A program made the translations under genes and the position numbers. Positions 40,048 to 50,573 of a stretch of DNA of 64,000 nt are shown one piece after another. Under the pieces are notes generated by a model, which worked only from the letters and a program-made list of their open reading frames with translations, was not told the origin of the DNA and searched no databases. This stretch comes from Candidatus Thermosaccharophagus tengchongensis. Its GTDB lineage: Bacteria > Armatimonadota > Fervidibacteria > Fervidibacterales > Thermosaccharophagaceae. Each line of letters starts with the position of its first letter. The stretch's first letter is position 1. The stretch lies in NCBI GenBank assembly GCA_032161105.1, contig JAVHTD010000006.1, one strand, 5' to 3'.

Positions 40048-41571
40048 ATGACCGCAGTCACACTTGTAATGCCATTGGTTGGTTTACTTCTTGGCGCACT
40101 CATCGGGTATGCAATTTCACTTGTGCAGCGCCGAAAGGGAGAAAGGGAACTGAAGCAGATGGAGCAACGCCTGAGGGAGACGGAGCAGGCGAGAATGAAT
40201 GAGCTGCTGCGAGCGCATGAGGAATTGCAGCGCCAGAGAGGTGAGTTTGAGCAGGAGGTGCGAGAGAGACGAAGGGAGCTGCAGCGCCTTGAAGAACGGC
40301 TGATGGAGAAAGAGAGCTTGCTCATCAGGAAGGAGCAAGCGCTTGACAGCCGAGAGACGGAGCTGAGGAGGCTTGAACAGTGCATCCGTGAGCAGCAGAA
40401 GGAAGTTGAATGTTTGCAGGCGGATTATAGGCACAGGCTTGAAGAAGTGGCAGGGATGTCAACTGCCGAGGCAAAGAGGCTTTTGCTCATAGCGGTTGAA
40501 GAGGAGCTAAGCGATGAATTGGCGAGGCGCATCGCCGAAGCCGAGGAGAGAGCAAGGGAGGAAGCTGAAAGGCGCGCACAGGAGATCATCATATCGGCAA
40601 TGCAGAGATGCGCTGTGCAAGTCGCCACAGCTGCAACTATCTCCGTCGTCACGCTGCCAAGTGAGGAGATGAAAGGGCGAATCATAGGCCGCGAGGGGCG
40701 CAACATAAGGGCATTTGAAATGCTCAGCGGCGTTGATGTGATAATTGATGACACGCCGGAAACGATCGTGCTCTCCTCGTTTGACCCGGTCAGGCGTGAG
40801 ATAGCCAGGTTGGCGATGGAGATGCTCATAGCCGATGGGCGAATCCATCCGGCAAGCATTGAGGAGGCGATTGAGAAGGCAAGACAGGATGTTGAGGCTC
40901 AGATGCTCAAGGCTGCCGAAGCCGCTGTGGTGGAAGCAGGTGTTGACAGGCTGCCACAGGGTCTGATGAAGTTGCTCGGCAGACTTGCCTTCAGGATGAG
41001 TTATGGTCAGAGTGTGCTCTGGCACTCGGTTGAAGTTGCGGTGTTGGCTGGATTGATGGCTGGCGAATTGGGCGCTGATGTTGAAGTTGCGAGGAGGGCT
41101 GGCTTACTGCATGACATCGGGAAAGCGGTTGACCATCAAGTTGACGGTGGGCATGTCCAAATAGGCGCAGAGATATTGCGCAGGTATGGTGAAAGCGAAG
41201 CCGTGATTAAAGCCATGTTGGCTCACCACGAGGATGTGGAGCCGCAGAGTGTTGAAGCGGTGCTTGTTACGCTCGCCGACGCCATCTCAGCTTCCCGTCC
41301 CGGAGCGCGCAGGGAGAGCCTTGAAGCATACATACGCAGGCTTGAAGCTATGGAGCAAATCGCGCATTCATTTGAAGGGGTGCAAAAGGCATATGCGATA
41401 AAGGCGGGGAGGGAGATACGGGTCATAGTCAATCCCGATAAGGTGAGCGATTTGCAGCTCGCAAAGCTGGCAAGGGATATAGCAAAAACGATTGAGCAGC
41501 AAATTCAATACCCGGGGCAGGTCAAGGTCGTCGTCATAAGGGAAAAGCGCCATGTGGAATATGCACGCTGA
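40048..41571 (+). CDS. rny: Ribonuclease Y
   Basis: N-terminal TM, coiled coil, KH domain (KGRIIGREGRNIR), HD domain (LLHDIGKA) and ADAISASRPGAR. Confidence 0.97.
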   Translation: MTAVTLVMPLVGLLLGALIGYAISLVQRRKGERELKQMEQRLRETEQARMNELLRAHEELQRQRGEFEQEVRERRRELQRLEERLMEKESLLIRKEQALDSRETELRRLEQCIREQQKEVECLQADYRHRLEEVAGMSTAEAKRLLLIAVEEELSDELARRIAEAEERAREEAERRAQEIIISAMQRCAVQVATAATISVVTLPSEEMKGRIIGREGRNIRAFEMLSGVDVIIDDTPETIVLSSFDPVRREIARLAMEMLIADGRIHPASIEEAIEKARQDVEAQMLKAAEAAVVEAGVDRLPQGLMKLLGRLAFRMSYGQSVLWHSVEVAVLAGLMAGELGADVEVARRAGLLHDIGKAVDHQVDGGHVQIGAEILRRYGESEAVIKAMLAHHEDVEPQSVEAVLVTLADAISASRPGARRESLEAYIRRLEAMEQIAHSFEGVQKAYAIKAGREIRVIVNPDKVSDLQLAKLARDIAKTIEQQIQYPGQVKVVVIREKRHVEYAR

Positions 41572-41650
41572 CAATTCCCATCTGGGCAAATGAGCGGAAG
41601 GAAACAGGAGTTGGTGCACAATGAATGCCACAAGACTGGGGTGAACAACT

Positions 41651-42475
41651 GTGCGCATACTCTGCATTGGCGATGTGGTTGGACAAGTTGGAAGGAGGAC
41701 ATTGAAGAAGCTCCTTCCGGAGCTAATACGGGAACACGATATTGAATTCGTCATTGCCAACGGCGAGAATGCAGCCGGTGGGCTTGGCATAACGCCACAA
41801 GTTGCCGATGAGTTGTTTGCTTCGGGCGTGGATTGCATCACTACTGGAAATCATGTGTGGCGTCACAAGGAGATAATTGAGCGCATGGCAAAGGATGAGA
41901 GGCTCCTTCGCCCGGCAAATTATCCCCCTGAGACGGTCGGATACGGCTGGACGGTGCTGCGCCCGAGAAGACACAGCAAGAGTGAGGGGGCTGTTTGCGT
42001 CGTTTGCTTGCTCGGACTTGTATTCATGGAGCCGCTTGATTGCCCATTCAGAGCGGTTGACAGGATACTGGAGGAGGTCGGAGAGCTGACGAAGGTCATC
42101 GTAGTTGACTTCCATGCGGAGGCAACATCGGAGAAGCAGGCATTTGCACGATATGTGGATGGGAGGGTGAGTTTGGTCTTTGGAACTCATACGCATGTCA
42201 TGACAGCCGATGAGTGCATCCTGCCAAATGGCACAGCTTATATCACCGATGTCGGCATGACCGGTCCGATAGATAGCGTAATTGGAATGAAGGCGGATGC
42301 GATTATCCATAGGCTTGTAACCAAGCTGCCCATAAAGTTTGAACCGGCTTCTGGGAGGGGGATGCTTTCAGCGGTGCTCGTTGATGTGGATGAAGCGACC
42401 GGGAGGGCAAAGTCAATAGAGCGTATCCTGCTCAAGGAGCCCGAAGCAAAAAACGCAATGGGTGAGGTCGTGTAG
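41651..42475 (+). CDS. ymdB: YmdB/TIGR00282 family metallophosphoesterase
   Basis: GDVVG, NGENAAGG, TGNHVW, RPANYP, DFHAEATSEK, GTHTHV and TDVGMTG. Confidence 0.95.
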   Translation: MRILCIGDVVGQVGRRTLKKLLPELIREHDIEFVIANGENAAGGLGITPQVADELFASGVDCITTGNHVWRHKEIIERMAKDERLLRPANYPPETVGYGWTVLRPRRHSKSEGAVCVVCLLGLVFMEPLDCPFRAVDRILEEVGELTKVIVVDFHAEATSEKQAFARYVDGRVSLVFGTHTHVMTADECILPNGTAYITDVGMTGPIDSVIGMKADAIIHRLVTKLPIKFEPASGRGMLSAVLVDVDEATGRAKSIERILLKEPEAKNAMGEVV

Positions 42476-42654
42476 CACACTTGCGCATGCTGCATGTGCA
42501 AGTTAAATTGTGTGGTGGCACAATCTAAGATACAAACGATGCAGTCACAGCCAGAAACGGAGAGAGGTATGAAATAGTGCGAATGGAACGGCGAGATGAG
42601 CAAAACGCTGTGCGCTTCAGCAGAAAAACAACAAGGCACAGGGGCGGATCGGGG

Positions 42655-42957
42655 ATGAACCAGAGGGAGCGCCAAAGGCAAGGTCACACAGAAGTGTTGC
42701 GTGTCTCATCAAAGTCAAAGCCAAACACAGTTGCGGGTGCCGTCGCCGGCGTCATCCGTGAGAAGGGACGAGTTGAGATACAAACGATAGGTGCGGGCGC
42801 GCTCAATCAAGCCATAAAGGCAATAGCGATAGCAAGGGGCTTCCTTGCACCCTCAGGGATTGACATTGTCTGCACACCGTCCTTTTGCGATGTCATCATA
42901 GACGGGCAAGAGAGGACTGCGATAAGGCTCGTCGTTGAGGCGCGTGATAGAGGTTAA
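42655..42957 (+). CDS. spoVS: Stage V sporulation protein S family
   Basis: EVLRVSSKSKPNTVAGAVAG, IGAGALNQAIKAIAIARGF and ERTAIRL. Confidence 0.95.
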   Translation: MNQRERQRQGHTEVLRVSSKSKPNTVAGAVAGVIREKGRVEIQTIGAGALNQAIKAIAIARGFLAPSGIDIVCTPSFCDVIIDGQERTAIRLVVEARDRG

Positions 42958-43053
42958 TGAGAAAAGCCTTCTCAGGGTTGATTTCGGCGATGGCTCTCGC
43001 ATATCGTCGGATAAGTCGCTTCAGGCATCCCCGTCTGCGATTCAATTTACGCT

Positions 43054-43950
43054 GTGGATGATGAAACGATGCGCCTCCTTCTAATCGTTAACCCTGTTGT
43101 AGCTCAAACTCACACGGCACAGGTAAAGCAGGCTTTGGAGCTGCTCAGCAGCTCGTGCACAGGCATAGAAACGGTATGGACTACAAAGGAGGTGGAGGTT
43201 CAAAAAGCCATTTCGGTTGTAGAGCAGTTTGACCGCGTGGTGGTTGTCGGCGGCGATGGGACGATAAATGAGGTCGCAAACATGCTTGTAGGTTGCACCA
43301 CACCGATCGCCGTTATACCCCTTGGGACTGGAAACACCTTCGCCACGAACTTCGGCATACCAACGGATGTCAAGAAAGCGTGCCAAATAGCACTTTGCGG
43401 GAAAATCACAAGCATTGACATTGGACGGCTAAACAACCGCTACTTTGTGTGTGTTGCCGGCGTCGGATTTGATGCGCATGTCATTCATCAGCTTCAACCA
43501 TCACTCAAGCGCACGCTTGGCAAGTGGGCATACGCAATTGCCTCAATCTGCCACCTCATGCGATATAGGCGGTCAGAAGTGCATGTGAGGATGGGCGATG
43601 ATGAATTTAAAGGCGACGCATGGCTGACTGTGGCAAGCAATGTCCCAATATATGCCCTCAACTTCAAGTTCACGCCGCAAGCCAAACCAAATGATGGCAA
43701 CCTTGACCTGTGCGTATTTCTTGAGCGCTCAAAATTTGAAAGGCTGATGCAAGCTGCGCTGTCGCTTTTCGGATACCACATCCGATTGGGCAGCGTCATA
43801 TACCGGAAGGTGGAGCGAATTGAAGTGGATAGCCAACCGCCGGTGTGGGCGCATGTTGATGGCGATCCCGTGTGCATGACACCCATCACAATCGGCATAC
43901 TACCGAGGGCATTAAATGTGGTTGTGCCACAGAGCCTCAGGCTGCGGTAA
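43054..43950 (+). CDS. Diacylglycerol kinase-family lipid kinase (YegS/BmrU)
   Basis: IVNP, GGDGTINEV, IPLGTGNTFA, GVGFDA and HVDGD. Confidence 0.9.
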   Translation: MDDETMRLLLIVNPVVAQTHTAQVKQALELLSSSCTGIETVWTTKEVEVQKAISVVEQFDRVVVVGGDGTINEVANMLVGCTTPIAVIPLGTGNTFATNFGIPTDVKKACQIALCGKITSIDIGRLNNRYFVCVAGVGFDAHVIHQLQPSLKRTLGKWAYAIASICHLMRYRRSEVHVRMGDDEFKGDAWLTVASNVPIYALNFKFTPQAKPNDGNLDLCVFLERSKFERLMQAALSLFGYHIRLGSVIYRKVERIEVDSQPPVWAHVDGDPVCMTPITIGILPRALNVVVPQSLRLR

Positions 43951-44048
43951 ACTCTGCGTGGATGGAAAATTGGGAAACCCATGCTCGGAGCGGACAGAGG
44001 CGACATGAATGCGAATCAAAAAACTCACATCCAGTGGGGTGGTGCGAA

Positions 44049-45296
44049 ATGGAGCGAGTGCGTGTGGCGATTATAGGGGCTGGTGGCATATTTCGCGGCG
44101 CACACCTTCCGGCGTATTCGCAGATACCGGAGGCGAAGCTCGTTGCGCTGTGCGACATAAGTGAGGCGAGTTTGAACGAATCGCTCAGAGCCACAAAAAG
44201 GCTGTTTGAAAGGGAGGCGGAGAAGCTCAAGGAGGCGGGAAGAGATGAGCTGGCAGAGCAGCTGCTCAGGGATGTTGAGGAGCTAAAACTTTACCGTGAC
44301 TACAATCAGATGCTGAGCGAGGTCAAACCCGACCTTGTGGACATATGCACGATGCCGGATACGCATGCCGCAGCCGCAATTGCCGCATTGAAAGCTGGAG
44401 CACATGTGATGTGCGAGAAGCCGATGGCGAGGACATGGCTTGAGTGCATTGAAGTTGTTGAAGCGGTTGAAGAGAGCGGGCGATTTTATCAACACAACGA
44501 GAACTGGATTTATGACCCGCTATATCACACGCTGCGCAGGTTGGTCCAAAGCGGCGCCTTCGGTGAACTGCAGTTTATCTTCCTGAGCTGCTCCCATCAA
44601 GGTCCGGAAAACAGGGGCGCATTTTGGGACCCGATGGTCAACGGCGGCGGAACGCTGGTTGACATGGCTGTGCACGCATTCACCACAGCATGGTTTCTTG
44701 CCGGTTTCAACATGAAACCGATTTGGGTGAAGGCTGCTGAGCCATATGGCATACGCATCAAGATAAGGGAGCGAATTATTGCCAATGCACCGAGCGAAAT
44801 TGAGGTTGATGATGACGCCCACATACTTGTGCACTTTGAGGAGCCGAAGAGCGGCAGATGGACAAACGCGCATGTTGAAGGCTCGTGGAGCGGCAGGGAT
44901 GCAATTGACGGTCTCTTCATAGGCACACAGGCAATTGCCCGCCATAAGTTCGCTGATGGCAAACCGCAGATTGAGCTTACGGATTCGCTTGGCAACCAAC
45001 AAACCGTTGATGTGATAGGTCCAAACTGGACCCACTGGCCGTCAAGCTTCTACGGCGAGATAAGGACGATGATTGAGTGCGTGCTGCGCAACAGAAAGCC
45101 ACCCTGTGACCACACCATTGGAGCCGAGACACAAGCTGCCATGGGCGCTGCATACCTGTCACAGCTTGAGGGCATGAGGAAGGTGACACTTGAGGAATAC
45201 AAGGAGTGGGCTTTGAGCATCAAGAGGAAAGCCAAGAAGAATGCAAATGAGGTGCTCATCCGTGAGCAGCTGAAGGCGCTAAAGGGCGGGCGGTGA
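44049..45296 (+). CDS. Gfo/Idh/MocA family oxidoreductase
   Basis: VAIIGAGG, HVMCEKPMA and GGGTLVDMAVH. Confidence 0.9.
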   Translation: MERVRVAIIGAGGIFRGAHLPAYSQIPEAKLVALCDISEASLNESLRATKRLFEREAEKLKEAGRDELAEQLLRDVEELKLYRDYNQMLSEVKPDLVDICTMPDTHAAAAIAALKAGAHVMCEKPMARTWLECIEVVEAVEESGRFYQHNENWIYDPLYHTLRRLVQSGAFGELQFIFLSCSHQGPENRGAFWDPMVNGGGTLVDMAVHAFTTAWFLAGFNMKPIWVKAAEPYGIRIKIRERIIANAPSEIEVDDDAHILVHFEEPKSGRWTNAHVEGSWSGRDAIDGLFIGTQAIARHKFADGKPQIELTDSLGNQQTVDVIGPNWTHWPSSFYGEIRTMIECVLRNRKPPCDHTIGAETQAAMGAAYLSQLEGMRKVTLEEYKEWALSIKRKAKKNANEVLIREQLKALKGGR

Positions 45297-45303
45297 GCAC
45301 CGT

Positions 45304-46512
45304 ATGAGGGGTGGCTTGAAAGAGGCGGTCATACTTTGTGCCGGGCGCTCAACGAGAACATACCCGATGACCCTGCGCAAGCCAAAGCCAATGCTTAAGG
45401 TGGCTAACACGAGGATACTTGAGCACCTGCTTCGCCAACTCCAAGGGCTAATTGAGCGTGCCGTGATAGTCATCGGATTTGAGGGCGAGCAATTGGTCAG
45501 GGCTTTTGGCGAGCGCTTTGGCGATGTGAGAATCACCTATGTTGAGCAATCGGAGCAGCGCGGCACAGGCGATGCCCTCCTCACCGCAGAGAGCCACCTT
45601 GGTGAAAGTTTCCTCATGCTCAACGGCGATGACCTGCTTAAGCGTGAAGCAATTGAAATGCTCACTTATCATGAGCTGTGCGTGCTCGCTGCACCCCATC
45701 CACAGCCATGGCGATTTGGCGTGCTCATTACGGAGGGCGAATTCGTGAAAGCCATATGCGAGAAGCCAAAAGGCGCGCCGCCAAATAGCCTCGTAAGCAC
45801 CGGAGCATACGCCCTCACAAGAGCCGTCTTTGAGATGCTAAAGCGCATACAGCCAGCCGAGGGGAAGGAGCTCATGTTCACCGATGTCATACCGATGCTT
45901 TCAAGCTTGGGATTGCGATACGAGGTCACAGAAGACGGTTGGATGCCGGTCACATACCCGTGGGATATACTGCTGTGCACTGATTGGCTCATGAAGGGCT
46001 TAAATGTGCGCAGTATAAGTGGCTACATTGGGAGCGGCGCAAAGCTCATCGGTCCGATTGAGATGGGCGAAGGTTGCCATGTGGGCGATGATGTGATAAT
46101 TCACGGTCCGTGCAAGTTGGGCGACGATGTAAGAATTGGCGAGCGAACGGTCATTCGCTCCTGCGCCATCGGGGATGGCGTAAGCATCGGGCAGGATTGC
46201 GACCTTGATGGATGCGTCATTTATGATGGCGTTCGCATCGGCAACGGTGTCCGCCTGAGGAGGTCGGTGGTTGGCGATTTTGTGACAATCTGTGATGGTG
46301 TCTCAACAAGGACGGAGCCAAGGGATGGAAGGACGGTCATCTCTGTCGTCAAGGGTGAGAGCATTGACACGGGCTTGAGCGATGTCGGCGCCTTCATCGG
46401 CGACGGCGCCCTCATCGGTGAAGGATGCACATTGATGGCTGGCGTGAAAGTCTGGGCAGGCGCACGCATACCGCCGAGATGCACGGTTGAAGCCGATGTG
46501 ATTGAGGGATGA
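45304..46512 (+). CDS. Sugar-1-phosphate nucleotidyltransferase with left-handed beta-helix (archaeal GlmU-like)
   Basis: AVILCAGRSTRTYPMT..KPKPML, Q.EQRGTGDA, LNGDD, YPWDIL, hexapeptide repeats and VKGESIDTG..VGAFIGD. Confidence 0.8.
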   Translation: MRGGLKEAVILCAGRSTRTYPMTLRKPKPMLKVANTRILEHLLRQLQGLIERAVIVIGFEGEQLVRAFGERFGDVRITYVEQSEQRGTGDALLTAESHLGESFLMLNGDDLLKREAIEMLTYHELCVLAAPHPQPWRFGVLITEGEFVKAICEKPKGAPPNSLVSTGAYALTRAVFEMLKRIQPAEGKELMFTDVIPMLSSLGLRYEVTEDGWMPVTYPWDILLCTDWLMKGLNVRSISGYIGSGAKLIGPIEMGEGCHVGDDVIIHGPCKLGDDVRIGERTVIRSCAIGDGVSIGQDCDLDGCVIYDGVRIGNGVRLRRSVVGDFVTICDGVSTRTEPRDGRTVISVVKGESIDTGLSDVGAFIGDGALIGEGCTLMAGVKVWAGARIPPRCTVEADVIEG

Positions 46513-47300
46513 TTGACACGCACGCGCACCTAAACCATCCAGTGTTCCATGATGACTTTCGTGAAGTCATCAAGCGCTCAATTGATTGTGGTGTGAGAGC
46601 TGTCATCAATGTCGGCTACGATTTGCACTCAAGCGAGTTAGCCGTCAAACAGGCAGCTGAATTTGATGGCTTGCTATGGGCGAGTGTCGGCATCCACCCA
46701 CATTATGCAAGCTCGCTCACGAATGAGATGAGCAAGAGATTGCGCGAGCTCGCCATGCATGAGCTTGTGGTTGCAATTGGGGAGACCGGTTTGGACTTCT
46801 ACCGCAACCTATCCCCAAAGGATGTGCAGCTAAAAGCTTTTGAGGCACAAATTGAGATCGCATGCGAGCTTGAGAAGCCGCTGATAATGCACATGCGTGA
46901 TTCCGCCGAAGATGCGGTGCGCATCCTGAGCCAATGCGCGAAATGCCTCATCGGAGTTGTGGCACATTGCTTCAGCGGGGACGAACAACTTGCGATGAGG
47001 TTGATTGAGCTCGGCTGCCACATAGGTATCGCCGGAAACATCACATACAGAAGTGCCAATAGCCTCCGTGATGCCCTCCGATCAATGCCGATTGATAGGC
47101 TGTTGCTTGAAACTGACTCACCGTATCTTGCTCCGACTCCGCACAGGGGGAAAAGGAACGAGCCATCCAACTTGAAACACATTGCTGAGCACATTGCAAC
47201 CATGCACAGCATATCTCTGGATGAGCTGGTGATGGCGACAACTCAAAACGCCATCAGGGTTTTCAACCTGCCAATCAGTGCAGCAGCTTCTGCATGCTGA
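46509..47300 (+). CDS. tatD: TatD family deoxyribonuclease
   Basis: MIDTHAHL, GIHPH, AIGETGLDF, HCFSG, LETDSPYLAP and RGKRNEP. Confidence 0.95.
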   Translation: MIDTHAHLNHPVFHDDFREVIKRSIDCGVRAVINVGYDLHSSELAVKQAAEFDGLLWASVGIHPHYASSLTNEMSKRLRELAMHELVVAIGETGLDFYRNLSPKDVQLKAFEAQIEIACELEKPLIMHMRDSAEDAVRILSQCAKCLIGVVAHCFSGDEQLAMRLIELGCHIGIAGNITYRSANSLRDALRSMPIDRLLLETDSPYLAPTPHRGKRNEPSNLKHIAEHIATMHSISLDELVMATTQNAIRVFNLPISAAASAC

Positions 47301-47338
47301 GGGTTGGCTTGCTGATGGATGACATCTTCCGGCCGGGA

Positions 47339-48559
47339 TCAAACCACCGGCAAGTTTCGCCCTCTCCTTGGCGGTGTTAAGCCCGTGCTCTTGAGCATCT
47401 CAATAGTGGCTTCGGTCAGGTGAAAGCCTCTCTCCTGAAGGGCTTTCACCGGGTCTCTGAGCAGCTTCGCCCTGAAGATTGGGTCTTCTGCGGTGAGCAT
47501 GAAAACTTGCTCAAGTTGAATTTCGTCAAGCTGCTGTATAGCTGCTTTTGCTGACTCGGCAAAGATGCCATTTGGCTCCATCGCCAAGACATGCTGATAC
47601 TCTCGCATCGCATTCGCGTAAGCGCCCTTCTGATGGTAAAGCGTTGCAAGCCTGAACCTCGTGAATGTATCCGTTGGAGCAATGTGCACAAGCCGAGCGA
47701 GAATTTGTATCGCCTCATCCAAGTTGCCCAGTTGAAGGTGAGCAAATGCGAGTATGTCAAGCAGCAACGGCTCATCAGGAATGCGGCTCAAGGCTTTTCT
47801 GCAATACTCAATCACCTTCGCGTAGTTGCCCAGTTCCATATGCAGCTCGGCGAGCGCAATGGTTATGCTGTCGTCATCTGACTCAGCTGCGGCGCTTTCA
47901 AGCATGTCCACAGCTTTCTTCAACTCGCCAAGTTCGTGATACAACTCGGCAGCCCTGGCTTTCAATTGGACATCCGTTAAGCCCTTTGATAAAGCGCTGA
48001 TGATGGTGTTGAGAGCTTCATCCACATTCCCGATGCGCCTCAAACTCTCGGAAAGCAAAAGGTATGCCTCAACCAAGCCATCATTGCGCGCCAAAGCGCC
48101 TCTGCAGCATTCTGCCGCAAGGCTATACTCGCCCGCCTCAAAGGCAATCCTTGCGAGCCTCAACATAGCCCCAGAATCTTCCCCACAGCCTTTCATGGCG
48201 CGCTTCACATCCCTCAAAGCCTCCTTGTAGCGTTTCAGTGAGGCGAGCACCTGAGCTCGGAGCAAATTGCACAATGAGCTGCGCCGAAAGCTCGCGCAGG
48301 CAATATCGGTATATGTGAGTGCCTCATCATACCGATGCAATGCGCTGAGGGAGTGCACCAAGCCGATCAGAATGCTCAACCAGAGCCGCCTTTTGCGCCC
48401 GCGAAGACGCTGCGCTTGAGGAAGTTCCCTCATCGCCTCGTAGGCGTCACGGAGCTCAGCAAGTGCCATCTCATACTCGCCCTTTGACATGAGGCGAGCA
48501 GCATTGCTCACGCACTCCTCTACACGCTTTATCAGCTCGCTCCTTTTACGCCCATGCAT
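47339..48559 (-). CDS. Tetratricopeptide repeat protein
   Basis: Multiple TPR helix pairs and a C-terminal non-TPR tail EDPIFRAKLLRDPVKALQERGF. Start uncertain. Confidence 0.8.
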   Translation of the reverse strand: MHGRKRSELIKRVEECVSNAARLMSKGEYEMALAELRDAYEAMRELPQAQRLRGRKRRLWLSILIGLVHSLSALHRYDEALTYTDIACASFRRSSLCNLLRAQVLASLKRYKEALRDVKRAMKGCGEDSGAMLRLARIAFEAGEYSLAAECCRGALARNDGLVEAYLLLSESLRRIGNVDEALNTIISALSKGLTDVQLKARAAELYHELGELKKAVDMLESAAAESDDDSITIALAELHMELGNYAKVIEYCRKALSRIPDEPLLLDILAFAHLQLGNLDEAIQILARLVHIAPTDTFTRFRLATLYHQKGAYANAMREYQHVLAMEPNGIFAESAKAAIQQLDEIQLEQVFMLTAEDPIFRAKLLRDPVKALQERGFHLTEATIEMLKSTGLTPPRRGRNLPVV

Positions 48560-48612
48560 AAGTTCTGACCCCCGCACGAAAGCCATCAGCTGCGGCGAAA
48601 AGCTCCATCGCC

Positions 48613-50448
48613 TTAAGCATCCTGAGCGGCTGCCTTCACAGGTTGCCATCCAGGGCGCATTTCCATAATGATTTGATCAATCTCATCGCCAGTGATGCTC
48701 TCCTTCTCCATCAGCCGCTCAACAATTCGCTCAAGTATGTCACGGTTAGCCTCAACCAACCTCTTCGCTCGCTCGTAGCAGTTGTTTATGATCGCTTTGA
48801 CCTCCTTGTCAATCTCGTTAGCCATTGCCTCGCTATAGTTCCTGTCCTCAACCAAATCCCTCCCGAGGAATATAGGTCCAGTCCTCCTGCCGAGCGTCAT
48901 CGGTCCGAGGCTTGACATACCAAATTCGCAAACCATCCTCCTCGCCATCTCAGTGGCATGCTCAAGGTCATTCTGAGCACCAGTTGTTACCTCCCCGAAC
49001 ATTATTTCCTCGGCAACCCTTCCAGCGAGCAAGCTGGTTATTTGATCCAGCAATTCACTCTTCGTCCACAGGTGCTTGTCCTCCCAAGGGAATTGGAGCG
49101 TGTATCCCAATGCGAGCCCGCGAGGTATAACGGTCACTTTCCGAACCTGTTGACCATGCGGCAATAGCTTTGAGACGAGTGCATGCCCAGCCTCATGATA
49201 TGCCAATGTTCGCTTTTCCTTCTCGCTCAATCTCCTGCTTCGTCTCTCAGGTCCTGCTGCTACCTTCTCAAGAGCCTCCTCAAACTCAGCCATGCTTATT
49301 TTGTCCTTGCCCTTCCTTGCGGCAAGTATGGCAGCCTCATTCACCATGTTCGCCAAATCTGCCCCGGAAAAGCCCGGGGTCAATTTGGCGAGCACCTCAA
49401 GGTCAACATCACTGTCAAGCGGCTTGCCGCGAACATGGACTTGAAGAATTTGCTTCCTCGCGTTCGCGTCCGGATAGTCAATGACGATGCGCCTGTCAAA
49501 TCTCCCCGGACGAAGCAAAGCCGGATCAAGAACATCGGGTCTGTTTGTGGCAGCCATAAGCACTATGCCGGTATTCGGGTCAAAGCCGTCCATCTCAACG
49601 AGCAGCTGGTTGAGTGTTTGCTCACGCTCATCATGCCCACCACCCAACCCGGCAAACCTGAGTCTCCCAACGGCGTCAAGCTCGTCAATGAAGATGATGC
49701 AGGGCTTCAACGCCTTAGCCTGTTCAAACAGGTCTCTCACCCTTGCAGCTCCAACGCCGACAAACATCTCAACGAATTCAGACCCGCTTGCGTGTATGAA
49801 CGGGACATCCGCCTCACCAGCGACTGCCCTTGCAAGGAGCGTCTTGCCGCACCCGGGCGGTCCAAGGAGCAATATCCCCTTCGGCATATTGGCGCCGAGC
49901 GCTTGAAACCTCTGTGGGTTCTTGAGAAACTCAATCACCTCACGCAGCTCTTCCTTTGCCTCATCACATCCGGCGACATCTTCAAATGTGACTCGCTGCT
50001 GCCCCTTTATGTATCGCCTTGCCCTGCTGCGCCCGAATGAGAGCGCTTGGCTGCTTGTATAGGTCATCTGACGGAACAGCAACCACACTATCCCGAACAT
50101 GAACAACATCATCACGATGAACATGAGCACATTCCCGGCGCTCTCCCAAGACGGGCGCGGCTTAAAGCGCACCCTCACATTGTGCCTCTCAAGGAATCTC
50201 AAAAGGTCACTTAGAGCTTGCTCCGGTGGGAGCTGCACCTTGAACCTGCGCCCAGACTTAAACATTCCAGCCGCTTGATCCCCTGAGATGGTAACTTCGG
50301 CAACATCGCCCGAGCCCACAGCAGCGCGGAAGTCGGAGTAAGATAGCTCAACTGCCTGAAAGCCGGGCAAGCGACCCATCTGCGCAAGGAAGCTCAATCC
50401 AAACGCTATGAGGATTAGCAGCAAAAGCAGCCTGAACATTCGTCCCAT
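48613..50448 (-). CDS. ftsH: ATP-dependent zinc metalloprotease FtsH
   Basis: Two TMs, [42 protein letters not shown] and HEAGH. Confidence 0.98.
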   Translation of the reverse strand: MGRMFRLLLLLILIAFGLSFLAQMGRLPGFQAVELSYSDFRAAVGSGDVAEVTISGDQAAGMFKSGRRFKVQLPPEQALSDLLRFLERHNVRVRFKPRPSWESAGNVLMFIVMMLFMFGIVWLLFRQMTYTSSQALSFGRSRARRYIKGQQRVTFEDVAGCDEAKEELREVIEFLKNPQRFQALGANMPKGILLLGPPGCGKTLLARAVAGEADVPFIHASGSEFVEMFVGVGAARVRDLFEQAKALKPCIIFIDELDAVGRLRFAGLGGGHDEREQTLNQLLVEMDGFDPNTGIVLMAATNRPDVLDPALLRPGRFDRRIVIDYPDANARKQILQVHVRGKPLDSDVDLEVLAKLTPGFSGADLANMVNEAAILAARKGKDKISMAEFEEALEKVAAGPERRSRRLSEKEKRTLAYHEAGHALVSKLLPHGQQVRKVTVIPRGLALGYTLQFPWEDKHLWTKSELLDQITSLLAGRVAEEIMFGEVTTGAQNDLEHATEMARRMVCEFGMSSLGPMTLGRRTGPIFLGRDLVEDRNYSEAMANEIDKEVKAIINNCYERAKRLVEANRDILERIVERLMEKESITGDEIDQIIMEMRPGWQPVKAAAQDA

Positions 50449-50573
50449 AATTGCTTTACCTCACATGCTTAAAAGCCATCCGCTTGCCCACCACAAAGTT
50501 GCGCCTCAAATTGTTCGCCACACCATTTGTCAATTGAACGCCCACGCTCCACAATCCAAGTATGCCACTTAAG

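Noticed and set aside
49183..50040. 285-aa plus-strand ORF
   Set aside because: Antisense shadow of the ftsH AAA domain; no independent motifs.
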